A stretch of 64,000 nucleotides of DNA from Candidatus Hadarchaeum sp. (GCF_038871235.1 NZ_JAVZIN010000002.1:43043-107042), one strand, 5' to 3'; shown: positions 50,221 to 61,533, counted from the stretch's first letter. Made by a program: numbers and translations. The notes: generated by a model not told the origin, from the sequence alone.

Positions 50221-53200
50221 CTAGGCTCTGTCCCTCAGCCTTATTCTCGGCGACATACAGAGGGATTTCAGTTCGTCCATCATGAGCTTGAATGCATACG
50301 ATATCTGAACTCCGTAAATCTCCGAATCCTCGTCACAGAGGGGGCAATAGGCCCTGTCGCTGCGACGATCGTATACGGCGAATGATCCACATTTTCCGCA
50401 GATTAATCCCGTATACCTGTCAGATGCATCGAGAAGACGTTCATTAAGTAACATCGCTGCTCCGTGGCCGATCAAACAATCCCGCTCCATCTCACCAAAG
50501 CGCAACCCACCTTCCCTCGCCCTGCCCTCAGTGGGTTGATGGGTTAACACCTGAACTGGACCTCGCGAACGCGCGTGAATCTTATCTGCGACCATGTGGT
50601 GGAGCTTCTGATAGTAACAGACCCCAACAAAAATATCGACCGGTATCATCTCACCAGTGATTCCATTGTACAGGACTTCCTTGCCTGTGTGTTTGAAGCC
50701 AAAGGACTTCATCGCTTCCCGGATTTCTTTTTCAGACATCCCGGAAAAGGCCGTTCCATCTATTCTTCGCCCCATACATGCTCCGACCTTGCCAGCAATC
50801 ATTTCAAGAAGCTGCCCCACCGACATACGAGAAGGAATAGCATGTGGATTAATTATGATATCGGGAGTTATTCCATCCTCGGTGAAGGGCATATCGGCTC
50901 CAGCCATGGTAATCCCGATGACTCCCTTCTGACCGTGCCTTGACGCTAGCTTGTCACCAATTTCTGGTATCCTGAGATCCCTGACTCGGACTCTGACAAA
51001 CTTATTGCCCTCTGAGGTCATGCTCACCAGCACCAGATCAACAATTCCCTCTTCGCTGGGTCTTACTCTGATGGAGCTTTCTCGACGGCCGTGTTCAACC
51101 GCCAGCCCGAACTCATCTATTTCCTCCAAAAATCTAGGCGGACTGGTGCGCCCGATCAAAACATCCTCGCCTCTGACTACTGACTCAACCTCAGTTATAC
51201 CGTCTTCACCCAAATTTCGGTAGAGGCTCGCGTCCGCATAGCCCCTAATCTCCTCGCTTGGTATCTCAAATTTGTCCTCCTGACCACCCGGATATCGCGC
51301 CTCCTCAGCCTCATATATCCGATAAAAGGTTGTCCGCCCCATCCCGCGATCAATGGAAGCGCTATTAACTATTAGCGCGTCCTCCATGTTGTAGCCGCCG
51401 TAAGTGGCTATGGCAACAACAAGATTCTGCCCTGCCGGCCTCCGGTCAAAACCGACGGCATCCATGACTCTGGTCTTAACCAAGGGGACCTGCGGGTAGT
51501 GCAAGAAATGACCGCGTGTGTCCACCCGTTTATGTATGGAGGTCGTTGTCAGTCCCAGCGCCTGTTTGGCCATGTTAGCACCATAGGTATTCCGCGGCGA
51601 TTGGTTGTGTTCTGCGTAGGGAACCAGCGCCGCACTTATGCCAAGTATCGCCAACGGATGCAATTCAAGATGGGTGTGCTCAGGCGTCAACTGATTCTCA
51701 TAGACCGCGATGTAAACGTTTTCTTCTTCCTCGGCATCAAGGTACTCTACAATGCCTGCTTGGACCAGATCCCGCCAAGTCATTTTACCTTCTTTAACCA
51801 TCTCTATGACTTCCGGTGTTAGCTTGGATTTCCCTCCTTCCACTACAACAACGGGCCGACGCACCCTCCCCGCGTCGGTATTAATCCTGACCTCATTAGT
51901 ATCCTCCCTGAAAGCCACATTAACCTGTTCATCCAAGTTCCCTTGCCGGCGATGTCGCTTCAGCTCATCAACGAGAGTTTTACCGTTTTCAGTTGTGCCG
52001 ACCAATCTGCCGTTTATATAAACAGCCGCCTTTCCCTTCCTCTCGCTACCTTTAGTTATTCTATTTACACCCAACTTGAAGACCAGACGCTCCACCTTAC
52101 TTTCATCGGTGCCCGTTGAAATCTCTGCCATTAGCGCGAGGTTTTTAACCAATCCGCAGTTTGGCCCTTCTGGCGTTTCACAGGGGCAGATCCTCCCCCA
52201 ATGGGTTGGATGCAGATCACGGGCCTCAAAGTGAGGCTGGCTCCTGCTCAGAGGAGAAACCACGCGCCTGAGGTGGGATATCGCCGCAATGTAGTTAGTT
52301 CTATCCAGAAGCTGACTGACCCCGGTTCTCCCCCCCGGCCAGTTGCCAGTGGCCAAAGCATGTCTTATTCTCTCAGTCAGAACATCCGCACGGGCGGCAG
52401 TTCTGAGGTTCATCTCACGGCCCCTGGCGTAGGCCCGCTCCAATTGATACTTTATATCCCTGGTCAGGTTGAGAAACGCCAGTCTGAAGACATTTTCTAA
52501 CAGGTCGCCGGCAAGCTTCAACCTTTTATTTCCATAGTGGTCCTTATCATCCACGTCCCTTCGACCCAGCGCCAGTTCGATAACCTGCTCGGCCATGCTG
52601 CCCAAGTAGTAGCCCTTAGCTATTCGATCCTCGGGCCTCGAGCCTATGTGCGGCAACAGGTACTTGTCAAGAACTTCCTGAGCCCGTTGCAATCGATACT
52701 CCCGGGTTTGTCCAATAGCAACCCTTTTGCCAATGATGTCCAGAGCATCCTCTTTAGTCTTTACATCAATCGCTTCCTGTAGGTTTTCAAAAAGTTCCCT
52801 GATAATCTCGGGATCCTCGGAAACAGCGCTGACAATTTCCTTGTCGCTCTCAATCCCGAGGGCGCGCATGATTACTACTAGCGGGACTTGACCAGGTACT
52901 GCGGGAAATGCCACGCGCAGGAGGCCGTCACGCTTTCTCTCGACCACCACCAAAGACCGGAAGCCACGGTGTGTGGAAAAAACCTTGGCGACTTCTGTGC
53001 CCATATGCTCGTCACGTTCAACTAAAATTGCATTTGAAGCTAGATCTTCCTGAGTGACGATAACGCGCTCTGAGCCATTAATGATGAAATAACCACCGGG
53101 ATCCAAGGGATCCTCGCCGACGCTTATGAGCTGCTGCTCATCCAGTCCGTAAAGCCTGCAAATTTTTGACTTCAGCATCACAGGCAGCTCACCGATATAG

Positions 53201-53523
53201 ACCTCCTCCGGAGCTTGCTCCCTTCCATTTTTAACCAGCTTCATCTCAAGTTTGATGGGGGCAGTATAGCTCAGATTTCTCAGTCTTGCCTCGCTAGGGA
53301 ACATGGGGGGGCGGGAACCGTCAGTTTCCTTTGTGGACGGCGGATCGAGATGTATTTTACCAAACTTTACCTTCACTCCCTCGATGTCAAGATCTATGCC
53401 GCCTATCTCATCAATAACCTGTTGCAATCCACGATCAATAAAATCGTTATAGGAATCTAGATGTTGTCTGACCAATCCTTTTTCTTTGAAAAATGCTTCA
53501 ACAAGCGGCCAAGTGTCCTGCAA
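50221..53523 (-). CDS. rpoB: RNA polymerase subunit B (unsplit)
   Basis: [32 protein letters not shown]; 1100 aa single ORF. Confidence 0.98.
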   Translation of the reverse strand: MQDTWPLVEAFFKEKGLVRQHLDSYNDFIDRGLQQVIDEIGGIDLDIEGVKVKFGKIHLDPPSTKETDGSRPPMFPSEARLRNLSYTAPIKLEMKLVKNGREQAPEEVYIGELPVMLKSKICRLYGLDEQQLISVGEDPLDPGGYFIINGSERVIVTQEDLASNAILVERDEHMGTEVAKVFSTHRGFRSLVVVERKRDGLLRVAFPAVPGQVPLVVIMRALGIESDKEIVSAVSEDPEIIRELFENLQEAIDVKTKEDALDIIGKRVAIGQTREYRLQRAQEVLDKYLLPHIGSRPEDRIAKGYYLGSMAEQVIELALGRRDVDDKDHYGNKRLKLAGDLLENVFRLAFLNLTRDIKYQLERAYARGREMNLRTAARADVLTERIRHALATGNWPGGRTGVSQLLDRTNYIAAISHLRRVVSPLSRSQPHFEARDLHPTHWGRICPCETPEGPNCGLVKNLALMAEISTGTDESKVERLVFKLGVNRITKGSERKGKAAVYINGRLVGTTENGKTLVDELKRHRRQGNLDEQVNVAFREDTNEVRINTDAGRVRRPVVVVEGGKSKLTPEVIEMVKEGKMTWRDLVQAGIVEYLDAEEEENVYIAVYENQLTPEHTHLELHPLAILGISAALVPYAEHNQSPRNTYGANMAKQALGLTTTSIHKRVDTRGHFLHYPQVPLVKTRVMDAVGFDRRPAGQNLVVAIATYGGYNMEDALIVNSASIDRGMGRTTFYRIYEAEEARYPGGQEDKFEIPSEEIRGYADASLYRNLGEDGITEVESVVRGEDVLIGRTSPPRFLEEIDEFGLAVEHGRRESSIRVRPSEEGIVDLVLVSMTSEGNKFVRVRVRDLRIPEIGDKLASRHGQKGVIGITMAGADMPFTEDGITPDIIINPHAIPSRMSVGQLLEMIAGKVGACMGRRIDGTAFSGMSEKEIREAMKSFGFKHTGKEVLYNGITGEMIPVDIFVGVCYYQKLHHMVADKIHARSRGPVQVLTHQPTEGRAREGGLRFGEMERDCLIGHGAAMLLNERLLDASDRYTGLICGKCGSFAVYDRRSDRAYCPLCDEDSEIYGVQISYAFKLMMDELKSLCMSPRIRLRDRA

Positions 53524-53531
53524 CCAATCAC

Positions 53532-53774
53532 CTATCCCTCGACCACATACCTATACGCAACCGCCTTTCCAGCAGTTGGGCTATTTCTAATAATCTTGAT
53601 CACATCCCCTGGCTTACCACCTATCTCCCTTACCGCCGGGTCTGAACTTTTTATTAGAGGTAGTTGATGAAGGGTTATCTTGTAACGATCGAGTAACTCT
53701 TCTACTTTATCCTTGGGCAGAATTTCATGCTTTGGCACCAGCACGTGCCTTCCAACTTGGAACTCTTCCGGCAT
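53532..53774 (-). CDS. rpoH: RNA polymerase subunit H
   Basis: [27 protein letters not shown]. Confidence 0.95.
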   Translation of the reverse strand: MPEEFQVGRHVLVPKHEILPKDKVEELLDRYKITLHQLPLIKSSDPAVREIGGKPGDVIKIIRNSPTAGKAVAYRYVVEG

Positions 53775-53798
53775 TTTTTCACCAACCGCATTCACAGG

Positions 53799-53873
53799 CG
53801 GGCCCGGAGGGATTCGAACCCTCGACTGCCGGCTTAAAAGGCCGGTACGCTAACCAGACTGCGCTACGGGCCC
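53799..53873 (-). tRNA. tRNA-Lys(UUU)
   Basis: GGGCCCG...CGGGCCCG cloverleaf; anticodon arm CCGGC-CUUUUAA-GCCGG. Confidence 0.95.
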
Positions 53874-53917
53874 CAGAAAGCGGTTAGAATCCTATTTATC
53901 CATTTCGCCATTAAAGT

Positions 53918-54640
53918 TCATCTCATTTCCTTTTTAAGGTTTTCGAGTCTCGGTTCGGATCCCAACCTTTCACTCCCAACTGCTTTTTTGACACTCCTTC
54001 TGAGAAGCCTGATGTTTCTAGCTATTTCACCTTTACCGTAAACCGAATACCCCGCTACCAAGATGTTCGCCCCAGCCTCAACAACCAGAGGAACGTTCTC
54101 CTCATTCAGACCACCATCAACCTCTATTTCAGTACCCAAGCCGTGGCTCTCCACCATCTCCTTGGCTTTTCTTATCTTGGGCAGTATGGAAGGAAGAAAC
54201 CTCTGGCCCCCGAACCCTGGATTGACCGACATGATCAATATAAAATCGAGTTCATCCAAGACAAACTCAACCATGTTTAAAGGTGTGGCAGGATTAAGTG
54301 CCACCCCGGCCTTAGCACCCAAGTCCTTAACATGATGAATGGTGCGCTGTAGATGAACGCATGTCTCAGCGTGCACCGATAGCATGTTCGCCCCGGCCTC
54401 AACGAAGGCCTCCAAAAAATTATCTGGTTTTTCAATCATGAGATGAACATCGAAGGGTAACTTGGTCATTTCTCTCAGCTTTTTGACCACCGGCGGCCCG
54501 AAAGTAATGTTCGGCACGAAATGTCCGTCCATTATATCCCAGTGGATGAGATCTGCTCCTGCCTTCTCCGTCTTTTTTATCTCCGAACCCAGCTGGCTGA
54601 AGTCAGCTGAGAGCAAGGAGGGGGCAATTTTTATCTTCAT
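53918..54640 (-). CDS. rpe: Ribulose-phosphate 3-epimerase
   Basis: IAPSLLSADF, HWDIMDGHFVPN, MSVNPGFGGQ, VDGG. Confidence 0.96.
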   Translation of the reverse strand: MKIKIAPSLLSADFSQLGSEIKKTEKAGADLIHWDIMDGHFVPNITFGPPVVKKLREMTKLPFDVHLMIEKPDNFLEAFVEAGANMLSVHAETCVHLQRTIHHVKDLGAKAGVALNPATPLNMVEFVLDELDFILIMSVNPGFGGQRFLPSILPKIRKAKEMVESHGLGTEIEVDGGLNEENVPLVVEAGANILVAGYSVYGKGEIARNIRLLRRSVKKAVGSERLGSEPRLENLKKEMR

Positions 54641-55605
54641 CTGCCTTTCCTCTCCAAGACTTTTTCTGCAGCTTTAACTATATCAGAACTTGTCAGCCCA
54701 TATTTGGCAAAAAGTTCTCTCCATGATCCCGACTCAGCATAGGTGTCATTTATGCCCACCCTGACCATAGGCACGGGATTCTCCTCAACAAGAACCTCAG
54801 CTACAGCACCGCCTAACCCGCCGAGGACATTGTGCTCCTCCGCTGTTACGATGGCAGCGGTACTCGATGCTGCACGCAAGATCGCCTCTTTATCAAGTGG
54901 TTTAATAGTGTGAAAGTTTATGACCTCGGCTTGGATGCCCCTTTTCGCCAATTCCTGCGCCGCCAGCAAAGACTCAGCAACCATAACTCCAGTGGCGATG
55001 ATAGTGACGTCTTTTCCCTCCCTCAGCGTGATGCTCTTGCCTATTTCAAACTTCAGCTCCTCGCCTTGGAATCTGTAACCCTCCGCATAAATCAAGGGGG
55101 TTTTGGGACGGCTCAATCTCATGTAAACAGGGCCAAATTTCTCAGCTATGGCTCTGGTAGCAGCTCTTGTCTCGGCCGCGTCCGCGGGAATAATAACCGT
55201 TACATTAGGCAAAGCCCGCATAACGGCTATGTCTTCTATACAGAAGTGAGATGATCCATCCTCGCCCACACTTATGCCGCCATGCGTAGTTACTAGCTTA
55301 ACGTTCAAGTTTGGATATGCCACCGATTGCTTGAACTGATTCAGTCCTTTCTCCACACCGAAGACAGAAAAAGTGCTAGCAAAGGCAATCTTGCCCGCTG
55401 AGGCCAATCCTGCCGCCATGGAAATTAAGTTCGCCTCAGCCACGCCCACATCAAAAAATCTCTCCGGAAATTCTTGGGCAAATAGGATCGTCCTTGTGGA
55501 AGGTGAGAGATCTGCGTCCAAAACCACTATATTTTTGTTCACTCGGCCTAGCTCAACAAGAGTTTCACCGTACGCATCTCGAGTTCCTGCCAACTTTTCA
55601 AACAT
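54637..55605 (-). CDS. Transketolase C-terminal subunit
   Basis: LDADL, GVAEAN, GEDGSSH, AEEH..GGLG. Confidence 0.93.
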   Translation of the reverse strand: MFEKLAGTRDAYGETLVELGRVNKNIVVLDADLSPSTRTILFAQEFPERFFDVGVAEANLISMAAGLASAGKIAFASTFSVFGVEKGLNQFKQSVAYPNLNVKLVTTHGGISVGEDGSSHFCIEDIAVMRALPNVTVIIPADAAETRAATRAIAEKFGPVYMRLSRPKTPLIYAEGYRFQGEELKFEIGKSITLREGKDVTIIATGVMVAESLLAAQELAKRGIQAEVINFHTIKPLDKEAILRAASSTAAIVTAEEHNVLGGLGGAVAEVLVEENPVPMVRVGINDTYAESGSWRELFAKYGLTSSDIVKAAEKVLERKGR

Positions 55606-56464
55606 ACAATTCCTCCAGCGCCTTGGTCAGCTCCGCCTCGCTCAGCGGAGTGCCATGATACTTACAATCACCAGCAAGGAATGATTTTTCCAACATTGGG
55701 ACCCCCTTGCCCTTTACCGTGTAGGCTATGATAACGGTTGGCTTTCCTCTTACCAGCTCCGCCTCATCCAAGGCATCCAAAATCTGCTTTATGTCGTGGC
55801 CATTAATCTTGATGACGTGCCAACCAAAAGCAACCCACTTCTCAGCAATCGGTTCAAGGCTCATTATTCTCTCGGTACATCCGCTGAGTTGCTGACGATT
55901 ATAATCAACTATTGCGGTCAGATTATCTATTTTGTAGTGTGAGGCCGACATCGCTGCCTCCCAGACCTGTCCTTCATCCAGTTCCCCATCGCCCAACAAA
56001 ACGAAGACCCGGCTCGATTTTTTATCCAACCTGAAAGCCAAGGCCATTCCGATACCTATCGACAGACCCTGCCCCAGTGTCCCGGTAGAAGCGTCCACGC
56101 CAGGGGTCTTTCTCATGTCCGGATGCCCTTGCAGGATGCTGCCAATCTTTCTCAGCTTCCAAAGCTCCTCAACAGGAAAAAAACCTGCCATGGCTAAGGC
56201 TGCATAAAGGGCTGGAGCCGCATGTCCCTTGGATAGAATGAATCTGTCTCGTTCCTCCCAATCTGGCCTTTGGGGATCATACCGCAACTGATGAAAATAG
56301 ATGGCGGAAAGGATGTCAGCGCAAGAGAGAGAGCCTCCGGGGTGCCCCGAACCAGACTTTGTGGTCATTATCAGAGAATGTCTCCTGATTATCAGCGCTA
56401 TTTCGGAAAGCCTCTTTATCAGTTCTGAGTCATGTGGAGCCATCTTTTTGTTAAACGGTGCCAT
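55598..56464 (-). CDS. Transketolase N-terminal (TPP-binding) subunit
   Basis: GHPGGSLS, SKGH, LQGHP, GDGELDEGQ. Confidence 0.94.
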   Translation of the reverse strand: MAPFNKKMAPHDSELIKRLSEIALIIRRHSLIMTTKSGSGHPGGSLSCADILSAIYFHQLRYDPQRPDWEERDRFILSKGHAAPALYAALAMAGFFPVEELWKLRKIGSILQGHPDMRKTPGVDASTGTLGQGLSIGIGMALAFRLDKKSSRVFVLLGDGELDEGQVWEAAMSASHYKIDNLTAIVDYNRQQLSGCTERIMSLEPIAEKWVAFGWHVIKINGHDIKQILDALDEAELVRGKPTVIIAYTVKGKGVPMLEKSFLAGDCKYHGTPLSEAELTKALEELYV

Positions 56465-56696
56465 TTTATAGCCACGCCCATCTCTGATTGTTCAAGACTA
56501 ATTTCGCCTTTAATTTAACATTTTTGGTGTAAAACAACAATTTTGACGATATGATCTAACTACTGTCGCCTGTTGCTTTTCCTTAAAATATCATCTGGAC
56601 AAAGCGAATAATTTGGCGTTCTCAAAAATTTAGGCTCATCCAAAAACAACACAAAAGTCATTTTAATTCGTTAATTGATTAGTAGATGGATTCGGT

Positions 56697-57614
56697 ATGA
56701 AGATATTTATTGATACTGCGAAACTATGCGAAATTAAAGAAGCCATCTCGTGGGGAATAATCGATGGTGTCACGACTAATCCCAGCTTGATCTGGGAAGC
56801 TGTGGAGGAAGAAAAGGAAAAAGGAAGGGATATCGATCTTACCAGCTACATTGAAGAAATCTGCCGCACTGCTGGAGAAGAAAGGCCCGTTAGTCTTGAG
56901 GTGATAAGCCAAGAGGCCGACAGGATGGTGAAAGAAGCCAAGTTCCTATATCAGAAATTTAATCCCATTGCTAACAATGTCGTTGTGAAAATTCCAATCA
57001 CCACCTACACTGAAGAAAAGGGCGCCGACTACGAGGGGCTAATCGCCATCAACAAGTTGGAAAAAGAAGGCATCCCCACCAATGTCACTTTAGTCATGAC
57101 GCCTGAACAAGCACTTTTGGCGGCGAAGGCGGGAGCCACCTATGTTAGTCCCTTCGCTGGAAGAATCGATGACCATATCAGAAAAAATCTAGGTATCAAA
57201 TTTAACAAGAATGACTACTTTGACTCTGAGCTGATACAAGAGATCTTTAGGTGTAGATTGGGTGAACAATTGAAAATGACCACCGAAGAAAAAATTTCCG
57301 ACCTTTACCATGACAGCAGGATAAAACATCTGCGGGGCAATGGAAATGATCACGGAATAACGAGTGGTGTTGAATGCGTTAGAAAAATTGTGCACATGTT
57401 TAAAAAATATAACATGCCTACAAAGATTATCGCCGCCAGCGTCAGAAACGCAAGACAGGTGCGAGAACTGGCCGAAACTGGGTGTGACATTTGCACGGCA
57501 CCGATTTCGGTCATCAGGGAGATGCTAAGACATCCAAAAACTGAAGAAGGCGTTAAGCGGTTTTATTCCGACGCCGTTAACGCGGGATATGCCGAGCTGT
57601 TCAAATCGCTATGA
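56697..57614 (+). CDS. tal: Transaldolase family protein with internal insertion
   Basis: FIDTA, GVTTNPSL, VVKIP, NVTL, SPFAGRIDD, IAASVR. Confidence 0.88.
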   Translation: MKIFIDTAKLCEIKEAISWGIIDGVTTNPSLIWEAVEEEKEKGRDIDLTSYIEEICRTAGEERPVSLEVISQEADRMVKEAKFLYQKFNPIANNVVVKIPITTYTEEKGADYEGLIAINKLEKEGIPTNVTLVMTPEQALLAAKAGATYVSPFAGRIDDHIRKNLGIKFNKNDYFDSELIQEIFRCRLGEQLKMTTEEKISDLYHDSRIKHLRGNGNDHGITSGVECVRKIVHMFKKYNMPTKIIAASVRNARQVRELAETGCDICTAPISVIREMLRHPKTEEGVKRFYSDAVNAGYAELFKSL

Positions 57615-57670
57615 AAACTTCTGGTATTTTTGGTACTGGCTAGCAACTCGTTAACCGTATTGAACCCAGT

Positions 57671-58060
57671 TTACACGCGCCGTCCGCGGCGTCCTCCTTT
57701 CTTACGACAGCCATCATGGGGGACCGGTGTGGCATCCTCTATGCGGCCTATCTTGAGTCCGGCTCTGGCGAGGGCCCTGATCGCTGCCTGCGCCCCTGGT
57801 CCTGGGCTTTTTGGACCGCTGCCCCCAGGCGCTCGAACCTTAATGTGAACTCCAACGAACCCTTTCTCCATAGCTTCCTCTGCTGCACGAGTCGCCGCTT
57901 GCATGGCGGCATAAGGTGAAGATTCTTCCCTATCAGCCTTCACTATCATGCCACCAGAGTACCTAGCAACCGTTTCAGCTCCAGTCAAATCAGTTATGTG
58001 AATTATTGTGTTGTTAAAAGAGGAGTAGATGTGGGCTATGCCCCATTTTCCTTCCGTCAA
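57671..58060 (-). CDS. rpsK: 30S ribosomal protein S11
   Basis: [25 protein letters not shown]. Confidence 0.97.
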   Translation of the reverse strand: MTEGKWGIAHIYSSFNNTIIHITDLTGAETVARYSGGMIVKADREESSPYAAMQAATRAAEEAMEKGFVGVHIKVRAPGGSGPKSPGPGAQAAIRALARAGLKIGRIEDATPVPHDGCRKKGGRRGRRV

Positions 58061-58644
58061 TTTTCTCCCTCCCCGGTCGGTTCGTTTGCCCCATTTCTCT
58101 CTGGTGCTGCTCCTGTCTCTTCAGGCGCCTTCACAGGCTCGGATGGCTCTGGACTTCCCACCTTGCTCCCGGCAAAGGTCTTACCAGATACATAACCAAT
58201 TAGAGGTTCTTCCTTAACTGGAACAAGATAACTGGGAACGTTAACACATCTGCCAGCTATGGCTATATGACCATGGACAATCAACTGCCTAGCTTGCAAC
58301 ATAGACTGCGCCAGCCCCTTTCTATGAACTATTGACTGAAGGCGTCTCTCCAGAATCTTGTCAACGGTCAGGCCCAAGACATCGTCCAGGGTGGCATTTT
58401 CACCAACTAGACCCAAACACTGTAATCTGCTGATAAGTTGTCTTGTCTCCCTCTCGGCTTGGGGCCCCGAAGCTGCTAAAAGATTTCTGGCCTGACTGCG
58501 GAAATTTCTCAATAAAGTCTGTGCCCGCCATATCTCTTCCTTTCTCCGCAATCCAAACTTTGACAGCATTGCGTCTTCGGCATCCATGCGACTCTTTTCC
58601 CAGGGATGTGAGGGCCTGAGATACTTCTTTCTCTGGCGTTTCAT
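58057..58644 (-). CDS. rpsD: 30S ribosomal protein S4
   Basis: [23 protein letters not shown]. Confidence 0.95.
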   Translation of the reverse strand: MKRQRKKYLRPSHPWEKSRMDAEDAMLSKFGLRRKEEIWRAQTLLRNFRSQARNLLAASGPQAERETRQLISRLQCLGLVGENATLDDVLGLTVDKILERRLQSIVHRKGLAQSMLQARQLIVHGHIAIAGRCVNVPSYLVPVKEEPLIGYVSGKTFAGSKVGSPEPSEPVKAPEETGAAPERNGANEPTGEGEN

Positions 58645-58659
58645 TTTGCATCACCGAGC

Positions 58660-59196
58660 TTAGGCTTTCTTAGCTCCTGCTTTTTCCGCTGGCGCGGCTT
58701 CGGCCTTTTCCTTCTTCGCTTTGGCTGGCTTGGCAGCTTCCTCCCGCATCCTAGCTTCCTTTCTCTTTACTCCTACTGTCAGACCTTTCCTACCGGTGGT
58801 TCTCGTACGCTGGCCCCGGACAGGTAAACCGAGCTCATGCCTTATTCCGCGCCGGCTACGGATGCGACGCTCCCTACCTATATCTGAACGAACGGCCATG
58901 TCAAAATCCGGACCGATCAGGTGGATATCCTTGCCTGTATCATAATCCTTTCTTCTGTTTAGCATCCAACTGGGAAAACCGTACTGGGTGGGGTTCTTGA
59001 TGATACTCTCCAGCTGCTCCACTTGGTCTTTGGTAAGATCACCAAGCTTCATCGACGGGTCAATGCCTGCCACTAGCGCTGCTGCTCTAGCATAGGCAAA
59101 GCTGACGCCCTTGATGTCGGTCAGCGCCAGCTGGACCTTTTTTTCGCCAGACAGGTCCTTCCCTGCCATCCGCACTATGTGCTTGAACTCAGGCAT
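58660..59196 (-). CDS. rpsM: 30S ribosomal protein S13
   Basis: WMLNRRKD, GLPVRGQRTRT; Lys/Ala-rich tail. Confidence 0.95.
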   Translation of the reverse strand: MPEFKHIVRMAGKDLSGEKKVQLALTDIKGVSFAYARAAALVAGIDPSMKLGDLTKDQVEQLESIIKNPTQYGFPSWMLNRRKDYDTGKDIHLIGPDFDMAVRSDIGRERRIRSRRGIRHELGLPVRGQRTRTTGRKGLTVGVKRKEARMREEAAKPAKAKKEKAEAAPAEKAGAKKA

Positions 59197-59317
59197 TTTT
59201 CCCACGCCTTTTGCCATAGACCTTTCGCACAACTGCCTATTTAATTATTGATAACAGCAGTTTTTAGCTGTTCAGTTACTATAGTCAACTTTTGGTTAAA
59301 AGCCTTAGGTTTGGGTT

Positions 59318-59418
59318 TGGCGCCGGGGAGGGGATTTGAACCCCTGCGGCCCGTGAGGACCACGAGCTATCCATCATCGGCTCCAGGCTCGCGCGTTACC
59401 TGGCTACGCTACCCCGGC
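59318..59418 (-). tRNA. tRNA-Ser(GGA) with 12-nt intron (59369-59380), CCA encoded
   Basis: GCCGGGG/CCCCGGC-G-CCA, long variable arm, anticodon stem CGAGC/GCUCG enclosing CUGGAG+12 nt+A. Confidence 0.88.
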
Positions 59419-59493
59419 ACCCAATGAAAATGTGTTTTTGGCTTTAAATGTCATTCAACCACGTCTTCAATAATGGCAACAGATGGGGAGAAC

Positions 59494-60486
59494 TCATTTC
59501 CACTTTTTAGGATAGGTCCCGGGACTCATCACTATTCTTTCAGGTTTAGCCACAATTCCGTGATCGGTCTCGTAAATTTCCTTTGACCCCATCGTCGCGT
59601 GCGCCAGACCTATTAGTTCTCCTTTTAAGGTCAAAATAGCGACCAGATCTCCAGCCGATATTCCTGTCTCCACTGAAATTACTCCTGGCGCTGCTAAACT
59701 GGCCCCATGACATATGGCGTCGACAGCTCCGTCCCGCACCACTATCTTCGGCAAATGCTGCACTGAAATTTCCACGGGCAATATCGCACTGCGTAAGGGC
59801 TCCTCCCGGCCCTCCTCCTGCCAGAACGCGTAGGCATCAGAAAGATCATGTAACTTAATTGAATCCTTCTCCATGAAAGGACCTGTCCTAGTTCGTCTCA
59901 GCTCACTCATGTGTGCTCCGCATCCCAAAGCCTCCCCTATGTCTGACATCAGCTTACGCATATATGTCCCAGCTTCGCAGCCCACTCGCATAAGAACCTC
60001 CCTACCATCTCGCTCAAGAAGCTCAATATAATAGACATTTCTGACGCGAAGTTGCCGCTTAACCGCTGCTCGCATGGGTGGACGTTGATATATCTCTCCC
60101 TGAAAATCCAACAAAACCTGCTCTAGCCGGTGTTGCGGCACTTCATCATGAAGGTGCATTACTCCCACGTATTCTTTCCCTGAAAGCAACAGCGTCCGAG
60201 TCACCTTAGTGGCATCCTCTAAAGCCACCGGTAGGACCCCGCTAACTCCTGGATCTAGAGTTCCACCGTGGCCTGCTCTCTGCAGATGGAGCAAGAGCTT
60301 GACCCAAGCCACGACCTCGTGGGAGGTAGGTCCCCTTGGCTTATCTAGATTAATCATGCCCAACCTGATGTGCTCCTGAATCGGCCTCTTGAACGGGTCA
60401 CAACCGTACTCCGGATCGGTAGTGTCATGAGCCTTGACGAGTGTCTCACGTTTGATATCTCCAAGCAACTTTCCCAAGTGGAACAC
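59494..60486 (-). CDS. cbf5: H/ACA pseudouridine synthase Cbf5
   Basis: DKPRGPTSHEV, GHGGTLDP, PUA domain. Confidence 0.95.
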   Translation of the reverse strand: MFHLGKLLGDIKRETLVKAHDTTDPEYGCDPFKRPIQEHIRLGMINLDKPRGPTSHEVVAWVKLLLHLQRAGHGGTLDPGVSGVLPVALEDATKVTRTLLLSGKEYVGVMHLHDEVPQHRLEQVLLDFQGEIYQRPPMRAAVKRQLRVRNVYYIELLERDGREVLMRVGCEAGTYMRKLMSDIGEALGCGAHMSELRRTRTGPFMEKDSIKLHDLSDAYAFWQEEGREEPLRSAILPVEISVQHLPKIVVRDGAVDAICHGASLAAPGVISVETGISAGDLVAILTLKGELIGLAHATMGSKEIYETDHGIVAKPERIVMSPGTYPKKWK

Positions 60487-60720
60487 CTAAGATAACCCTG
60501 CCGCCTCCAAGGCCCGCTTTACCTCTTCGTCGGAGGCACCCTTTTGAATCTCAAGCTTTTTATCGGTGGGTTCAAGATGAGCAAGGTTACAACGCCTGCG
60601 CTTGACTCCCGCACCAGTCACCACGACAAAGGTATCGTCCAGCTTCTCCACGATCACGCAAAGCCTTCCAGCTTCGTGACCTGCAATCTTTACACAGACC
60701 CGTCCTACTTCCATCACCAC
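60487..60720 (-). CDS. rpl14e: 50S ribosomal protein L14e
   Basis: EVGRVCVKIAGHEAG, KRRRCNLAHLEPT. Confidence 0.94.
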   Translation of the reverse strand: MVMEVGRVCVKIAGHEAGRLCVIVEKLDDTFVVVTGAGVKRRRCNLAHLEPTDKKLEIQKGASDEEVKRALEAAGLS

Positions 60721-60722
60721 TT

Positions 60723-61262
60723 CTAACGCCTCCTCTTCATGACCGCCTCAATTGCCGCGGCAAGTATCTTGGTCGTCTCCGCGATCGACAACCTCTCCGT
60801 GTTCACCACGATGTCAAAAATTGAATAATCGTTAATATCAATGTTGTACAGTTTTTTAAATCTTTTTGCCTCACTTTTTTCCCTTTTGACCGTCTCATCG
60901 TAAACATCGCGATATCTTCGTCCTTCTCTTTGAGCAATCCTTTTCACCCTCACTTTTATCGGGGCTGTGAGGAATATTTTGAGGTCCGCTTTTTTAGCCA
61001 TCCACCCGGCCAACCTTGCATCTATCAGAACCTTGCCACCTCTTGCAGCATCGGCAATCTTCCTGTCGATCATTTGGTCAATAGAAGGGTGACGCTCAGC
61101 ATACCTCTGACCTTCTTTCAAGGTCATGCCCTTTTCCTTGATCAGCTCTCTGAAGATATCTCCGGCGCAGAGATATCGCAGGCTTCGAAACCTCTTTGCC
61201 AGAGCTTTAGCCGTTGTTGATTTCCCGGCACCGTGTAGGCCGCTGATGGCAACGGCTACCAT
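60723..61262 (-). CDS. cmk: Cytidylate kinase
   Basis: ISGLHGAGKST, AGDIFR, RLAGW, RIAQRE. Confidence 0.92.
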   Translation of the reverse strand: MVAVAISGLHGAGKSTTAKALAKRFRSLRYLCAGDIFRELIKEKGMTLKEGQRYAERHPSIDQMIDRKIADAARGGKVLIDARLAGWMAKKADLKIFLTAPIKVRVKRIAQREGRRYRDVYDETVKREKSEAKRFKKLYNIDINDYSIFDIVVNTERLSIAETTKILAAAIEAVMKRRR

Positions 61263-61266
61263 ACTC

Positions 61267-61533
61267 TCAGGTCCTAGCTTTTTCTATCAGTGCTCTTCGG
61301 GAACAGGCAACACATAGATAACCGCCGAAGGCCCGGTTCGGCATCCTCAGACTGCGAGGAAGACTCCTCAGTATGCCCCCCTGTATCCTAGGTACGCCAC
61401 TAAGTGGTCGGCCACAGGAAGCGCATTTTGCGGCGGCTTTTCTCTTCTCCCGGTAGTGTTTCGACACTCTTCCTCCTGGTGTGCGAACCTGTCTCTTTTT
61501 GTAGGTATTAGATCTGTGTCTCCGCGCGGGCAA
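61267..61533 (-). CDS. rpl34e: 50S ribosomal protein L34e
   Basis: VRTPGG, CASCG..L.GVP, PNRAFGGYLC. Confidence 0.94.
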   Translation of the reverse strand: MPARRHRSNTYKKRQVRTPGGRVSKHYREKRKAAAKCASCGRPLSGVPRIQGGILRSLPRSLRMPNRAFGGYLCVACSRRALIEKART

